64,000 bases of DNA from Saccostrea cucullata (GCF_032062105.1 NW_026925544.1:124001-188000); one strand, 5' to 3'. Shown: positions 50,501-63,598, numbered from the stretch's first letter. Numbers and translations are program-made. The notes: a model not told the origin generated them from the letters alone.

Positions 50501-51279
50501 ATTATTACCGGGAATTTTCATTTTACAAAATATGTGATAAATATTGAGATTTGAAACATTAAAGAACTAGGTCTAATATGGGCTGAAATTGGCCTCGTTG
50601 ATTTAAAAATTGGTAAAGGTTTGTTTTCATCATAACTTTGTTATATTTTATTATCCGACAAATTCCAATTTTTGGTAAAAACACTATTTAATGACCTTTC
50701 AAGGAACAAAAAAAATTTTTCTCTCTTTACTGTGTATCAGGTTTTATGGCTCTTAAAATTAAGGCAAGAAAAATCTATTTTTAGAACATCTTGAGATAAT
50801 TGGAGTTGTCTCTCATTGGATGTTTAACAAATTCAAAAGTTTTATAATGGAAATGATTAACACTGTTCATATGTGTATAAAATACACCATATCTTTCCCC
50901 AGAAATTTGTTTGTAATAAAGTAAAGCTATAAAGGTAACTGGTATTTTTCATGTGTTTCATAACATTTTGAGCCAATGACAAACATAGATGGCGCTCATA
51001 TACACTTTGCTAATCACCAGATTTTGACCAAATTTACCGAAAAGTCTTACAATACCTTGAAATGAATAGATATGATAATGGGTAGTGAAATTGAGAACCT
51101 AACATGAATAGCTCTCTGCATGGTTTTCTCATAGACTCCCTCTTAAACATTTAAATTAAGTTAAACACACTATACCACTATCTTCATGATTATATAAACT
51201 GGTTCAAACACCATTTCTTTCTTGCATTAAAAGTTACTTTAAGATAGGAGCGATTGTCATACTAATTTAAGGGTTGTCA

Positions 51280-53120
51280 TCACTCACCATGAAAAAACAA
51301 CAAAAATAGATATTGATCATATCTGATTTGATTTTATAGCAGTTTATCCTTATTAGACATTGAATAAACTGTTCGTTTTCTAACTGATTGTGAAAGCTTT
51401 GTATGAAAACATTGGCTCATAGGGAAAACCCTATCCATTTTCAAAGATGCTGCTTATATTGTGAATGATGACCATTTGTCGGAGCTAACATTACTAGTAT
51501 TCTCATATATTATATGTTATCATATATTGCATTCTATATGAGATTATATAAATATTATTCCTTAACTGGTATCACATTCCATTTCTTTCATTTAACTTCT
51601 AAACTGATAACACGGAGAATCATCAATATACTGTATAAATACTAGTAATTCAGTATTACAATATTACTTGACAATGTTTATTTAATTCTTCAATTTAATG
51701 TTCGTGAATTGATATTCCTATCTATAAAATGTTTAAAGAAACTAAGCTGATGGTTGAAAATCTATTAAGGAGATAATATAGTAAAATCTTTCTTCTTCTG
51801 ACATGATTACATGGGACTACATATACACAATGAAAGTTACTATGTGAACAAACTTTGATAGGCTTTTTGACCCCACAACTGAACAATCTGAATAATGTAG
51901 GTCAAAATGTTTTTTAGACGGTTGTTAGATTTTTAAAACTTTGTTCACATTTCAACTTCCATTGTGTATATGTTGTGCTATGTAATCCGTATTATACTGA
52001 AACGCAACATCCTATTTTAGGGTGAAATATCACACCCGGGTAATTATACCGCAAATATTTTTTGGTATCTAAAAGGTAAGGATATCTTCAGCTTGAAAAA
52101 AATAAATTCTCTTTTCTTTTCCGTAGGCGATGTAAAGACTTCTTGAAAATTACTTAAGTGCTAGGAAAGTCTCAAAATAAAGGTGCCTAAAGAGATGCAG
52201 GGGCATATATAATGCACTACATCACGCCTTAACATGCTCTTATGTGTCTTTAACATGAAGAAAAGTCCTTGGACAGGAAGTCCCAGGGTTATTACAATGC
52301 CCTAGGCTAGAGTAGAGAAAAATCGACCTCATCATTTGAAAACAGGCATTCAAAAATGGCAAATAATATTTCTTTCGATCAGATGTGGAGATTGATTATT
52401 AACCTTTTGCATTGTAGAAATCAAACTTCAATTGATGTGCATGGCAATTTTGCACGCTGTATATTGAATGGCCGGGGCGGGGGTGTTTTAACAGCCACGT
52501 GTTACTTTCTTCAGTTAAAAGATAATCATTTAACATTTTTATTAAATCTCTGATGTTTTTAAATCGATTTTTACTTGTAGATCACTGTTTGTTGCGTGTC
52601 TTTTGCGTTTCAGTATAGAATAGATTTCTCTACATAATTTCCTTTAGATCTGCAACATCAAACTTAGTTGCTTAACATGCGACTTTTAACAATAAGAATA
52701 TCAATGTACGCACATTAACTTAATATTATAATACTGTATTATGCATACAGTACATTGCAGTCTCTCTACGTTATCAGTTTAGAAGTTAATGAAAAGGAAT
52801 GGACTTTGATGCCAGCTAAGGGATGATGATATTTATAAACTCCTAAAGAATGCAATGATATAGCATATCCTATACAGGTATGTTATTCTCTGGAGAATTA
52901 CGTTAGCTCACATACATCAAAACTAAATGGTCATCATTCACAATCTTAATAGGAATCTCTATAATAAATGGACTTTTCTAGATGAGCTAATATATGTTCT
53001 CTTACAGAGCTTTCCCTATCAATTTGAAAACTGACAGTTAAATCAATGTTGAATCAGGATAAACTGCTACAAAATCAAATCTAGTATGACACAGATCTAT
53101 TTCCGTTGTTTCATAGGGAG
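51280..53120. repeat. Old long inverted repeat (foldback), ~600-bp arms, centre ~51895
   Basis: Matching blocks: TTGTGAATGATGACCATTT/AAATGGTCATCATTCACAA, TTAACTTCTAAACTGATAAC/GTTATCAGTTTAGAAGTTAA, ACATATACACAATG/CATTGTGTATATGT, GCAGTTTATCCT/AGGATAAACTGC. Confidence 0.85.
51995..52615. mobile_element. TA-flanked MITE interrupting the right foldback arm
   Basis: TATACTGAAACGCAA / TTGCGTTTCAGTATA. Confidence 0.8.
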
Positions 53121-53339
53121 ATACGTTAATGTAAGACACGAAACAAGAAAAAAGAAACGCTAAACAATGGAATGTAAGATTTAGCATAAAATACTAGTAC
53201 TCAATGACCTCAAAATGTCAACAAATGGAGACAGCTTTTGGGTTTGGAAAAGAGATACAGAGTGAAATGAAAACCCGCACAGCTACTGAGTATCTCAAAC
53301 ACACAAAAAGTTATGACATATTTCATTAATAAAAGTATC

Positions 53340-53557
53340 CAGTGGCGGATTTAAGGGTGGGGGCGCACCCGGCGCCCCCCCCCCCCCCCCTAGAATTGTC
53401 AAAATTTACGTAAATCACAGTTTCGTATGGAAAATGTAAATAGGTATACTTGGTAGACCTCATTTTTACCCTACAAAATCTCTAGAATCCAGGAGCCCCC
53501 AGACCCCTTGCCTACTTTTGGCGCCCCCTCTAACTTCAATTCCTGGATCCGCGCCTG
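53340..53557. mobile_element. hAT-like MITE with 5-bp TSD
   Basis: CAGTGGCGGAT / ATCCGCGCCTG; GTATC at 53335-53339 and 53558-53562. Confidence 0.78.
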
Positions 53558-53678
53558 GTATCAGAAAAGTACATAATTAACCTGAAAGAGAAATATTCTC
53601 TTAAGTTTTAAAAAAAGTGTTTGAATTTTACTTAATCAAAGTATAAACAAAACATTATATAATGTAAGTAGACATCTA

Positions 53679-54640
53679 CGAGGGGTGATCAAAAAGTTCG
53701 CGAACTAATTAAATAACTTCCGTAAAAGAAATGATATCTGGTTTCAGTGACGAAAATGTTCCAAAGTAGTCCTCTCCTTTTTTAATGCGCATCTGCAATC
53801 ATTCTGCCCATCACGGATCACGTGATATGCTTCTTAGCGTTCTGTCACAGAAGCTTATAATTAAATTTTTCTGACTCTTAAATAACTTACCATGCAAGTT
53901 ATTTTTTGCAACAAAAACAGTCTATATGTCAGAAATGGCCAAATCTCTGTAATAGTATGGGTGGATAATGATATCCTTTTGCAGAATGAGCATGCATGGT
54001 GACCACCAAAACCCAAGTTCTCTATCTTTTGAGCGTCGTTTTTTTTATGTGGATAAAGTATGGGTGCTTTCACTTTAGATAATTTAGAGATGTGTTATGA
54101 TATGTTTAAAGTCTAAAATAAACGATATTTTAGGGATTTGATAATTATATTATTGTAAAGATATTTATTAATTTTTCTAACTGTAAGTTGGCGATCTTTC
54201 AAATCAAATTGCTTAACAAAGGACACGTCTCTCTCCCAGTCTGCTTTCAGAGGGCAACAGAACAAACATCATTTTTAGACATCTTTTCCTTCACTTAAAC
54301 ACTCAATCCAATTAATGACAAGACTTATGGCAAATCTTTTGTCTTCATAAACCGTGTACAAATTATTATAAACTTCTACAAAGGAATTTCTAAGATATAC
54401 GTTTAACTTGGCAGCCGTTCATTTCTCGAGTACGGCTGAGTCAACCATAATTTGTCACAAGTGCTCTACCTTATGACGTCATTTTCACACCGTGACGTCA
54501 CAAACACGGGACAAAACGTTTCATTACATATTTTATTTCTATACCATGTGCATGACTCTATGTGTGCCAAATTTCATTCTGATCTGAATTGAGGTATTGT
54601 AAATATAGATATAGTTCGCGAACTTTTTTATCACCCCTCG
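53679..54640. mobile_element. Non-autonomous mariner-type element, TA TSD
   Basis: TA-CGAGGGGTGATCAAAAAGTTCGCGAACTA / TAGTTCGCGAACTTTTTTATCACCCCTCG-TA. Confidence 0.9.
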
Positions 54641-55237
54641 TAAGCATATAGGCGTCTATAATGATATATTATGTTATATTCTCATTGATGATGAAAGTTC
54701 ATAAAATTTGAGAATTAGTCACCTTAAACCAGGTGTAGAGAGGGTTTAATATGTTGATGTTTTATTATTATCAAAAACTGTGTATTCCCATATTGCAAAC
54801 AAATAAAAGAAAGTTATTGTTTTGAATGCATGGTTAGTGTTGTGAAAATGTATTTTAATTGAAGTTTAATATGTTCATTTAATCAATGATACAATGCTCT
54901 TGTTACTTTTAATGTCTGAATTCGATGAATTAAAGTTTATTGGAAATATTTCTTTAGATTCTTAGGAGTTCTATCATGGATGAATTTTCATCTATAGTTT
55001 TCTATTTCTGTGAATGGCGGGGGAAAAATCACAGCAGCTTTTTTTTATTCTTAATCCATTAACTTTGCAAAATTATGGCGTTGGAGATGAAGATGTTAAG
55101 GTCAAGATCTAGCTAGTAAATAACTTTAGACTAATTTTTTGGTGGTAGATCCATTATGACGTCATAATCAATTTCAACTTTCTTTTTCCCGAACATATAC
55201 TTTACGGCTTTAGCAGAATTATGTAGAAAAAGGGGTA

Positions 55238-56395
55238 CCGTAAATCTGGAAATTTTTACTGTAGATAAATTTTTAACAAATTTGCGCGTGCATTACATTC
55301 GTAGAAATATTTTTCTTAAAAATAAATCAACATGTAAAGGATTTTTTTTCTGAAAGTTGGTGTCTATTTTTAACTCAGTAAATTGGCGATCGTAAGCACT
55401 GGTCATTTTAAAAGAGACACCTGTTTATACTACTGTAACTACAAGCTAATTAACCGTGCGTGTAAATTGCCCTCATTATATGCAATATCCTCCGATGGTT
55501 TGACAAGCACTGAGACGGTATGTCCTCTTTTAATTATTTTGCCAAAAAAGAGAGACCAATTATTTTAAAGCAATATGAGCTGCATTTTTGAGAAATTTAT
55601 TTTGCTGGTAAAATGTGTTATTATGAATAATTTCTACGTAACTTAAACCATTATGATCAATAAGACCAAAATAAAGTTTAAAAATGGTTCAGAAGAAATA
55701 TTTCTGTACGATGGAATATAAAGTATATATGAAACCATTATTGTACAGGATGACAATAATGCAATTTTGCTTCAACCAAAGCTCATAAAAAGATTTTCCA
55801 TCGCAAATATGAACAACAGAAGTTCATAGATGTTCTATTTTTCTGTCATTGAAATAGTTAATTACAAATTTGCAAAAAAAAAAAAAAAAAATTCTGATGT
55901 CAAACATGCAGCTCATATTGCTTTAATTATCTAACCATGTATTAATATGGGCGATAACTCGAACTCAGTGCATTTACTAGAAAGTTCCAATTGTAAACAC
56001 GGCGTGTAAATTTTAGGTGAGAAAAAAAAACAAACGTTGAGAAAAATTCGTTATATTTTGTCTTTATTTAGGTTATATTTTAGGTTATACGGCATAAACA
56101 ACCTCTTAAAGAATTGTTAAAATTAGTTTAAAAGTTATTTTCAGTGCAAATTCTTTTGTTTTTTATCTTTAAAATTGTTTTGGAGCAATTCTGCAATTTC
56201 TTGCCACGTTGCGAGTATATTGGTGGTATTGTAACAGTGCATACTAATTTGAAACGTAAACTCATATGAAAATCTTAAGTGATTATTTTTAGCGCCAGTG
56301 ACAATTCTCAAAAATTTGAAGCGTAAAAATTAATCAACAGCTTTTTGACCCAAATTCGCAAAAATAAATCAACGTAAAAATTTCCAGATTTACGG
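55238..56395. mobile_element. TA-flanked MITE, middle layer of the nest
   Basis: TA-CCGTAAATCTGGAAATTTTTAC / GTAAAAATTTCCAGATTTACGG-TA. Confidence 0.9.
55569..55922. mobile_element. TTAA-targeting (Kolobok-like) MITE, inner layer of the nest
   Basis: TTAA-AGCAATATGAGCTGCAT / ATGCAGCTCATATTGCT-TTAA. Confidence 0.9.
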
Positions 56396-57518
56396 TACAT
56401 TCATGACATTCAATTTGAAAAGTAAACCGGATACCTATATTAATTTTTATATTGATTTAAAGAAGAGTCCACGAACATACTAATTACCGTTTTCTGAGAG
56501 ACTGTAGGCAATCTGGATGCATTTCCTATGTCGAATATGAAAAAATCTTCCATATTCGTGACTGGTTTTCTTAATTTTTCATTGAAAATGACAGTTTAAA
56601 ATACAGTTTTTAATCTGGTTTACCTACAAATTATACCCCGAAACACCTTATTTGACCAAGCTAAGTTGTAAAGCATCAATAAAGGAATTTATTTTTTAAA
56701 TTTGATAAATCTGTAGGCACCTTTCATTTACTAGATCTTGACCTTAAGTTTAACATGTTTAATTTTCAAATTGACTTGAGAAAGGTCAGATTCAAAGATA
56801 ATGAGATCGAGGAGAGTGTGGACAAGGCTCATTTCAGGAAGTACATCAGTATTTCTAGCAGTTCTAGCTGATCCTCCATAACCATCAAGATAACAAATTA
56901 CAGCCATGCTGGAGTAGTGAAGTACACTGTTGTCCCTTAAGATAGGTTACATTTTTAAATCAGGAAGAAGGAAAATTGAATGCAAAATCAGAAACAAAGA
57001 TACTCTCATCTCTAGTGTGAGAAAAAAAAAACAGTAATAAAATTATTGATCGAGAAAACAAAACTAATTGTATGATATGGACTTGGTGTCTGTTACACAT
57101 GGTCGCATTTTTGGGATGTTCGGAAGTAAATAGTCTCCTTTTTAGAGTAATATTTAATTTCAAACAAAAATATATTCTTATAGGCTATGAATTTTATAAT
57201 TATTAAAATGACTTTTGTTCTCTTCCCGGAAAAAAATTATTGCAAAAAGTTTTTGAAATAATAAATGTACATGTTTTTCCAGTTCATAAAATCAATACAT
57301 GCACTTACAAAATAAATAAAATATATGTCAATATTTAACTTTAGGAAGCTCTTAACACTGCAAACTAGATTATTCTAATTTAGTTTAGTTTTTCAATTTC
57401 AAAAATTTATTTACTTAAACTGTAAAAACAGTATAGAGAAGATATAAACAGGAAATATTTACAGCACTATACAATTGCTGTCAGAGTGATCTGTCCGTAG
57501 AAGTGAGATAGAAACAAA

Positions 57519-58810
57519 CAAGATGTGTTTGTGAAACACTGATGCCCCCCGAATGGCAACAAATAGCGAAGGTTAAGCTTTCTCAAATGCAGATCAAATG
57601 TATTGGTACCTAAAGTAAGGCCTTTTCACAATACAAATGTGAAATATAAAACCCTAGCACCAAATGTTCAAAGGTTATGACCAAGGTTTACGTTTTTAAA
57701 CGTAGGACAAATTCCGGGGTCACGGTCCTAGGGTCAAGATTGTTGGTTTCTAAAGAAAGGCCTTGTTATAAACATAACATATGGGAAGTATGAAAGCCTT
57801 GGCCCTTACCGTTCAAAAAATAATATCCAAGGTTAAAGTTTGTAAAAAGTATGTCAGAGTCTAAGGTCAAGGTCAAAGGCTACGGTCAAAGTTGTTTGAT
57901 ATCTAATGACAGGTTTTTTCACAATAATTACATATGTGAAGTATAACAGCTGTAGCCTTTACTTTTCAAACGTAATGGCCAAGGTTAAAGTTTGTTAAAA
58001 GTAAGTCGAATTCAATCGTCAAGGTCAAAGGGTCAAAGTTGTTGATATCCAAGGAAAGGTCTTCTCACATGAATTACACATATGAAGTATGTAAGCTCCA
58101 GCCATTACCGTTCAAAAGTTGTGGCCATGATTAGAGTTTTTTCGTGAGTACAGAAATCTCCAAGGTCAAAAAGTCAAAATTGTTAGTTTCAAGTGAAAGT
58201 GATATTTGAAATTAATATTTGAAATATGAAATTCCTTGTACCTATCGTATAAAAAGTAGGGCCAAAGTAAAAGTTTGGATTTTTTGTGTAAAAATGGGTC
58301 AAACTCAAGGGTCAAAGGGTTAAAGTTCTTGATATCAAATGAAAGGTCTTGTCACAAGGATTAGATTCGTGAAGTATGACATCCCGAAACCTAACTCTTC
58401 AGAAATTATGGTCAAGTTTGTATTTTAAAAATAGGTCAAACTCCAAGGTAAGGGACAAAGCATCAAAGTTCTTGCTATCCAATAAAGCCTCTTTTCACAA
58501 GGATTACATATGTGAAGTGTGAAAGCCCTAGCTTTTACCGTTCAGAAGTTTCGGCAAAAGTTGAAGTTTTTATAAGTATAGAAATCTCCAAGGTCAAAAG
58601 TCAAGGTTGTTGATACTCAATGAAAGGTCTTGCCACAGAAAATACATATGTGAAGTATAAAAGTCCAGGTATCTACTGTTCAAAAGACATGACCAAAGTA
58701 AAAGTTTTGAATTTTTGTGTAAAAGTGGGTTAAACTCCAAGGTCAAGGTCAAAAGATCAAATCTGGTGGTATCAAAAGAAAGGTCTTGTCTCAAGGAATA
58801 CACATGTGAA
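57519..58810 (-). mobile_element. HINE-like element with a diverged ~125-bp GGTCAAGGTCA satellite array
   Basis: Terminus CAAGATGTGTTTGTGAAACAC..ATGCCCCC (reverse of the ends at ~50330-50350 and ~62270-62289), then ~10 degenerate units. Confidence 0.8.
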
Positions 58811-60894
58811 ATATGTGAAATATATTGTGGAAGAACAATGCAATGTAATCGCTTCTGAAAATAATCTTACTATTTCATGACTCTAAAGAAATTTCGGGTT
58901 AAAAAGGTAAGTGCGGTTTTAGGCTAATTATAGGATTCAAAACATTATTCACATCGAAAGAAGATTTACTCATTCGATCATTTTATCTTTTTCATCGTTA
59001 TTAACTTAGAAATATTTAAAAACAAGTTGCACCGTGACAGAAAATGTAGACAAAATATCATCTTGCTCTGTGATTGGGTCGGGATTTGACCTCTGACCCC
59101 GAAATGAAGTTCATACAGAATTGAACATATTTTCTCTCAATAGGTTCATCTAAAAAGTTATTTGCAAATGTAGATATATAAACTAACACGTTATAAGCTA
59201 TCTTATAAAGATAAGTCTTAAACATGTTAAATCCTGTTTAAAAAGTTTACTTGGTTAACCTTAACCGTCTTGTTCAACCTCTTAGCAAAAATATACTTTA
59301 GGATAATATCACGAGAGGGACAATTAGAAAAGGGTTCATTTCCTTCTTCACTGACTGTACATAAAAAGAAACTTAATTATGAGTTTTCTACGGCAAAGGA
59401 AGTACTGTTATTGACATAAAGATATAATTTGATACTAGTACTTTCAGTTTCTTCAAAATGTTGCGTGCAGTCAATACAGCAGTTGTTTTACAAATATGTC
59501 TCTTTCTATTAATGAAATCTGTATTTGGTGAGTACATCATTTTGATAATTACTTTATGTTTTGAAGTTAAAAGTCAAACGTTGAAAAGAGTACAATGTTA
59601 AGAATTTTTAATGAATTTGGTTGCAGTAAAATTTCAAGGTGTATATAAGGAAGAGCTCATGAAAATAATTTTGCTAAGTAGCAATCCTTATTTAATTGAT
59701 TTCAAAAATAATTTGCATTTTTAATCAATTATAATTAGTTTGGACAAAAGAAACACTTTCAGAGATAAGATTTTTTTGTACGTTTTTCTGAAAAACAGAA
59801 TTTGTATTGCAGCAAGCTTTTATGTGTAATATTTATGCCATTTAGGAGATAATTTTAGATTTGTTATAATTTCAAATTTTTTTTTTTTTCATTTTCAAAT
59901 ATATATATTCAAATATATACACTTAAAACAAAACTTCTAAGTGTTCACTCTAATAATTGTATTTATATAAAGCTTCATGATATGATGGTATCATATTTTC
60001 AAATTATTATATCCAATAATTAATCTTCTAAAAAAAATATAAAAAAAAGCAACTATCACCGATGAAAAACCAAGGTCCCGTGACGAAACGTAAAGACAAT
60101 AAATTTGTACTTTGTGGCACGTGTTTTTTGTAATCAGCATCTTTTTAAGTCAATTATCCATTTTTAAAAACTGCTTTTTTAAAAAAAGCACACAAAACAT
60201 TGGCAAAATGACCATTGAAAAAGGAGGGAGAGCCGTTGAAATGCTGATATCTGGATCATCCTTGCACCACGTTTTACGCTTTTTTATATTATAGCGTTTA
60301 TTTGTCTTTGATATTATTTTTGAAAGTAAACAACCAGTAAAGACTATTTAAAATCATTTTTCTAAAAGATGTGCGTCATTTTCATCGCCAACTTATCATA
60401 AATTGAAAGCATTGGACAAAATTTAACCAAACTGGAAGTGATCTGGATCCCCCTCCCCTCTTCCACACAATTTCAACGGTTTAGACGGATCCTGCAGTAG
60501 GTGTGGCAGTAGATGGGTCAATCTATTCAGAGGTACACAGTATCCCTGAAAAAAGTGTGTCTTGCAATAATTAGAGCGAGTGGTGGTCTTACTCCATAGA
60601 AATTATTTTATGTGAATTTTCATTGATAATTGTACATCATGTCCTTGACACTTTGCTTAAAATTCTGACAAGATTCTTACATGAAATTTAAGTTAATATA
60701 GAACTGAAATATACATCAATCATTAACCATGAATGAAAGAAATTATTCATTGTAAGCTTAAAAAATGTCAGGTTAACATTTAGAAGTTTGTTCAGGGTAT
60801 ATATTGATTAGAGATGACATTTTATTTAAATATGTACATGAAGGTGAAAACAATACACAGAAATTATCGATGTTCTAAATTATACCAATAGTGT

Positions 60895-60895
<1 letters not shown>

Positions 60896-60928
<33 letters not shown>

Positions 60929-61237
60929 TAAATTTGGCCATTCTGTTATTTTACAGATTTCCCCCTTCGTAATACCTATCTTGACCTTGCACAATCCAAA
61001 AGGGTCATGATTCGAACATTTCAGAATCTACTCTATCCTAGGATTCTTCCACTTAAGTTTCAGCTTTTCTGGCCCAGTGGTTCTTGAGAAGAAGATTTTT
61101 GAAGTTTTTATTTTGTATATACTTTAATGTAAAATTTGGATTCCCCATTATGGCATCATCCTACCCCTATGAGTCATAATTTGAATAGTTTAGAATTAAC
61201 ACTACCCCAGGATGCTTCCACACTAGTTTCAGCTTTT
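60896..61237 (-). mobile_element. 3' part of the 26607-28505 HINE family, inverted
   Basis: CAAGAGGCCCATGGGCCACATCGCTCACCTGAG plus ~1.5 satellite units. Confidence 0.88.
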
Positions 61238-61279
61238 TCTCACAACTGTAACTAAAACGTATAGAGAATCAAACAAAAC

Positions 61280-61545
61280 CCTGAGGAAGTACTGAGTAGT
61301 TCTGCGAAAACCCTGAGTGGTACTGAGCCCGGTACTGAGTTAACTGAGGTAATTTGTAGTCATGCGTAGCACTTAGGCTTTTCTCTGTAGACACTGAAAA
61401 CCATGCTGAGAGGCACTGAGGTTTAATATGTTGATACTGAGGTGGTACTGAGGATTACTGAGGTATACTGATGTAGGGGCCACTGAGCTGATACTGAGTA
61501 GCCCTGAGGTATAATACTGTGGCAATCCTGAGTAACACTGAGGCT
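61280..61545. repeat. Cluster of (T)ACTGAG/CCTGAG motifs, often at 10-12 bp spacing
   Basis: About 15 copies, e.g. GGTACTGAGGATTACTGAGGTATACTGATG. Confidence 0.75.
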
Positions 61546-61610
61546 ATTTTCTCAAAAATCATTATTTTTCTTATGAGTTTTATTGTAATGTAATGGTCAA
61601 ATTTCTTTCA

Positions 61611-62289
61611 TTTTGTGCCCAGATCATTCTTCAGGGCTCATATTGCCCTTGTCCTGTCTGTTTGTCTGCAACCCTAACCCTAACTTTCGCCATAATTAAT
61701 GAGCAATAAAAAGATAGAGACTTCATATTTAATATGCATAATCCACTAATTGATCTCTTTCAAATGACACAAACGTCAATGACCTTTTGACCTTGACTGT
61801 GACCTATATGCTAAATTAGCGGTTTCGTACCTTTCTCCATAACTTTTGAACCATAGGATATAGAGAATGAATACATTGTATTTGGTATGCAAACTCCCGT
61901 AATTTTAAGAGTTCTTTCAAATTGCACCAAGGTCAATGACGATGACCTTGACTGTGACCTTTATGCTAAAAATATGCCAAAACTTTTGAACCATGAGAGA
62001 TAGAGACTTCATATTTAGTATGCATTCTCCACTAATTAAATAGAATTTCTTTCAAATTACACCAAGGTCAATGACCTTATGACCTTGATCTTCTCGATGT
62101 TAGGTACAATGGCCGCGTACATTTTTTTCGGTATCTCTTGCGATTGCGTATATTACACCCACGCGTAATGTTTGATGGTCACAAACGCGTACTTAACAAC
62201 CAGTGTAAATAATCACTTTTACAGGATATGCTATAGCTTTTTTAAATTTTGTAGCCGTCGGGCTCATAGTGTTTCATAAACACATCTTG
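61611..62289 (+). mobile_element. HINE-like element with TGACCTTGA units
   Basis: TTTTGTGCCC head, (TGTC)n, three GTCAATGACC..TGACCTTGA units, end CATAGTGTTTCATAAACACATCTTG; a short relative lies at ~50180-50350. Confidence 0.75.
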
Positions 62290-62376
62290 CTTTTAAACTC
62301 CTGTCAAATCAAAATGTGTATTTACAGGTATCTTGAAACACGTCAACAATTAAACGGAATTTGTTTTTGCTTCTTG

Positions 62377-63085
62377 CAGTAGCCAGGCGTACGTTTGTAC
62401 GCAAAAACGTCCACATCATTTTAGGGAAAAAAGGAGATCGTGATCGAGAGGCAGTCGAAGATTTTATGCTTTTAAATCATTTTGCAATAAATAAATACTT
62501 TTGAAAATATCAAAAAGAAATGTTTAGAAACAATTTAATAAACAATAAATAATAACAGTTACTGAAATAAACAGAATCAGTTTAGAGGAAAATATGATAC
62601 ATGTAGTAGACATCTCTCTTTCTGAAATCATTAGATTTTCCTTGAATCTGGTTTACGTACTGCTGATTTTTTTTCTAAGAGCATTAATACATTCTCATAT
62701 ACATGTACAACTCCAACCGATTAATTTTTCATAAGTATTTTGTCTCTTCAAAATTCTAAAATTGTTTTAAGTGGGCTCTTCATATTGCATAAACAACGAT
62801 ACAATGTATCGGGCATATCCTTTCTCATTTTGGAGTGTTTGTCCATATTTTCTACAAAAACAAAACAGACCTCGAAAACATGGGTGCATAACGCATTAAC
62901 AAACTTCAAAGTTTAAGAAAAATGCGATCAGGAGGGTCGAATATGCTCTTCTAAATTCAATAGCTGTCGGGGAGATTGCCCTCTGGATCCTCACCAGGGC
63001 TTAACCACGGGTCCATTGGGGACATTAGGCCCCCAACCCCCTGCCTACTCTTGTGTCCACATCATTAGTGGCCTGGCTACGCCAC
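62377..63085. mobile_element. Degenerate hAT-like MITE
   Basis: GTAGCCAGG / CCTGGCTAC near the ends and GTCCACATCATT repeated subterminally; TSD not readable. Confidence 0.45.
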
Positions 63086-63321
63086 GCAGCACTGTTAAAG
63101 CCTACTGTGAGAAATCAACGGAGAATAGACGTGCAAAAAAGGGTTTTTTTAATTGAATTTATTTTAATTAAGCTGTTTATTTATCACAGAACTTTAATAC
63201 TTATGGAAATAGCATGGTATAACCTACTTTGTACTGCATGAAGTTTAGACCCATCAATTAACAGTCACGTGATGAATGTATAGTTCGTGTACTGAATGTA
63301 GGTCATTAACAAATTTCAATA

Positions 63322-63598
63322 TCGCAAGGGCATACCCTAGTTGAAAATACAAGCTATTAATTGTTTCTGCATACATTGTACTTTCTGAAAAGTGCTGCTG
63401 CTTTGAATAGTTTTAATAGTTAAATTTTCAAGTAAATAGGGCAATGTCGAAATATGTATGACTTTTACCAAATAATTTGTGTGCTTATAAAATCATGCCC
63501 TCGAATTAAAGAAAGCAGCAGCACTTTTCAAGTTAAGAAAAATATCCTTTTTTATATTTAAAAAATGGTACAGATCTATGCAGTGTATGCCCTTGCGA
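63322..63598. repeat. Inverted-repeat (MITE-like) element
   Basis: TCGCAAGGGCATAC / GTATGCCCTTGCGA and inner pair TGAAAAGTGCTGCTGCTTT / AAAGCAGCAGCACTTTTCA. Confidence 0.75.

Larger units (their letters stand above)
55100..56743. mobile_element. TTAA-targeting (Kolobok-like) non-autonomous element, outer layer of a nest
   Basis: TTAA-GGTCAAGATCTAG / CTAGATCTTGACC-TTAA; single TTAA at the paralogous empty site 42522-42525. Confidence 0.9.
54676..56930 (+). repeat. Diverged direct duplicate of the region downstream of the Ig gene (40388-42690)
   Basis: Colinear blocks: 54676-54747 with 40388-40458; 54750-54965 with 41532-41745; 55005-55099 with 42430-42525; 56744-56930 with 42522-42690. Confidence 0.9.

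Noticed and set aside
61669-61684. Telomeric (CCCTAA)n
   Set aside because: Only ~2.5 units, inside a HINE head where AACCTT-like words are typical.
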